From: Diadema antillarum
Lineage: Eukaryota
Reading direction: 5' to 3'
DNA length: 64,000 nt
Assembly: GCF_040938485.1 (NCBI RefSeq)
Contig: NW_027270908.1
Span: 2,790,001-2,854,000, forward strand
The notes under the pieces are model-generated. The model had not been told where the DNA came from. It did not search any database and saw only the letters and a list, made by a program, of their open reading frames with translations. The number at the start of each line of letters is the position of its first letter. Position 1 is the first letter of the stretch. The translations under genes were made by a program, and so were the position numbers. Positions 63,207 through 64,000 of the stretch are shown in pieces.

Positions 63207-64000
63207 AGTTTAGTCTTGGCATTATCAGCAGATGAAACCTTGAAGATCTAATGTGCGCATGGACGTTAAATCAGTATAACACACGAAAGTAGTGTGGGCA
63301 AATGTCTGTTGTGCTATGTCCTTTGTGACGTCAAACAGCAATAACTGCGGTCAAGCTTACAGCAATGACAATTACATGTCTCTGCGAGAACGCAGCCAGA
63401 TACAGACAAATTGGATATGGCTTTGCGGCTCTTCTGCAGACCACGTGCACAAGGGTCGAGTCAAAGTTGAAAGATATGATTGGTGCTTCCGAAATTAACT
63501 TTGTAATGGCGATTTTTTTTTTTCTAATCACAGAAGCAAAGTAAACAGCAATAAGACTCTGTTTAGTAGATAAGATTGAGTGGCTTCAACAGCGCGGGGA
63601 ATGTCCGATTTTCCCAGGGCTAGAAAGATACACCGCCGGACAGGGGGTTCGCCCAGTTTGGAAAGATCTACAACAGTTTGCTGTTACAAGCCAACCTCGA
63701 TAGGAGCAGAGCGAGGTGTCAAAAGGAGCATTTGTCTACCTTATGGAGAATAAGGTGAACCTATGTTGCATATCTTTTTATTCTTATGAGAACAAAATAA
63801 TACGTCAATACATTTTTGACAATATTCTTGTTTTACCTATCCTACATGCGGCGGAATGTTCTTTTCTTTTTCTTTGAATGGTGTTTCAGCCACATCAAAC
63901 TACAGGTTAAAATTTGAGACTTTTGTTATATTACCAGAGGTAACTTATTCAAACATGTATTCATTACGATATTTTGTATTATCGTTTTATAGAACATGGA
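63207..64000 (+). other. Probable 3' UTR of the MLCK gene
   Basis: Follows the stop codon. I saw no AATAAA, so the transcript probably extends past the window. Confidence 0.45.

Noticed and set aside
1-64000. CRISPR arrays, rRNA, intact tRNA, nested protein-coding gene on the minus strand
   Set aside because: No regularly spaced repeat-spacer array, no rRNA or tRNA structure, and no phase-consistent minus-strand exon chain was found by eye.

Overview
Eukaryotic (metazoan) genomic DNA with four N-gaps. An invertebrate deuterostome such as an echinoderm is suspected from the repeat landscape, but the sequence alone cannot prove this. Most of the window holds one + strand gene, a long MYLK1-type myosin light chain kinase. 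I reconstructed 21 GT-AG exons by hand (10435..63206). All intron phases join consistently: 7056 nt, about 2351 aa, with only exon 1 uncertain. Domain order: Ser/Thr-rich N-terminus, 7 Ig, two DFRxxL actin-binding motifs, 3 Ig, Fn3, MLCK kinase, calmodulin-binding helix split by the last intron, and a telokin-like C-terminal Ig. The introns hold many simple repeats and non-autonomous DNA transposons: Tc1/mariner-type MITEs, an 880-bp palindromic MITE dimer, two TTAA MITEs, and a 3.4-kb element with a 4-bp TSD. The best leads are a vertebrate-like multi-product MYLK layout (DFRxxL pair, telokin-like unit, candidate alternative first exons) and the unusual transposon structures. I found no rRNA, intact tRNA, CRISPR array or intact transposase.
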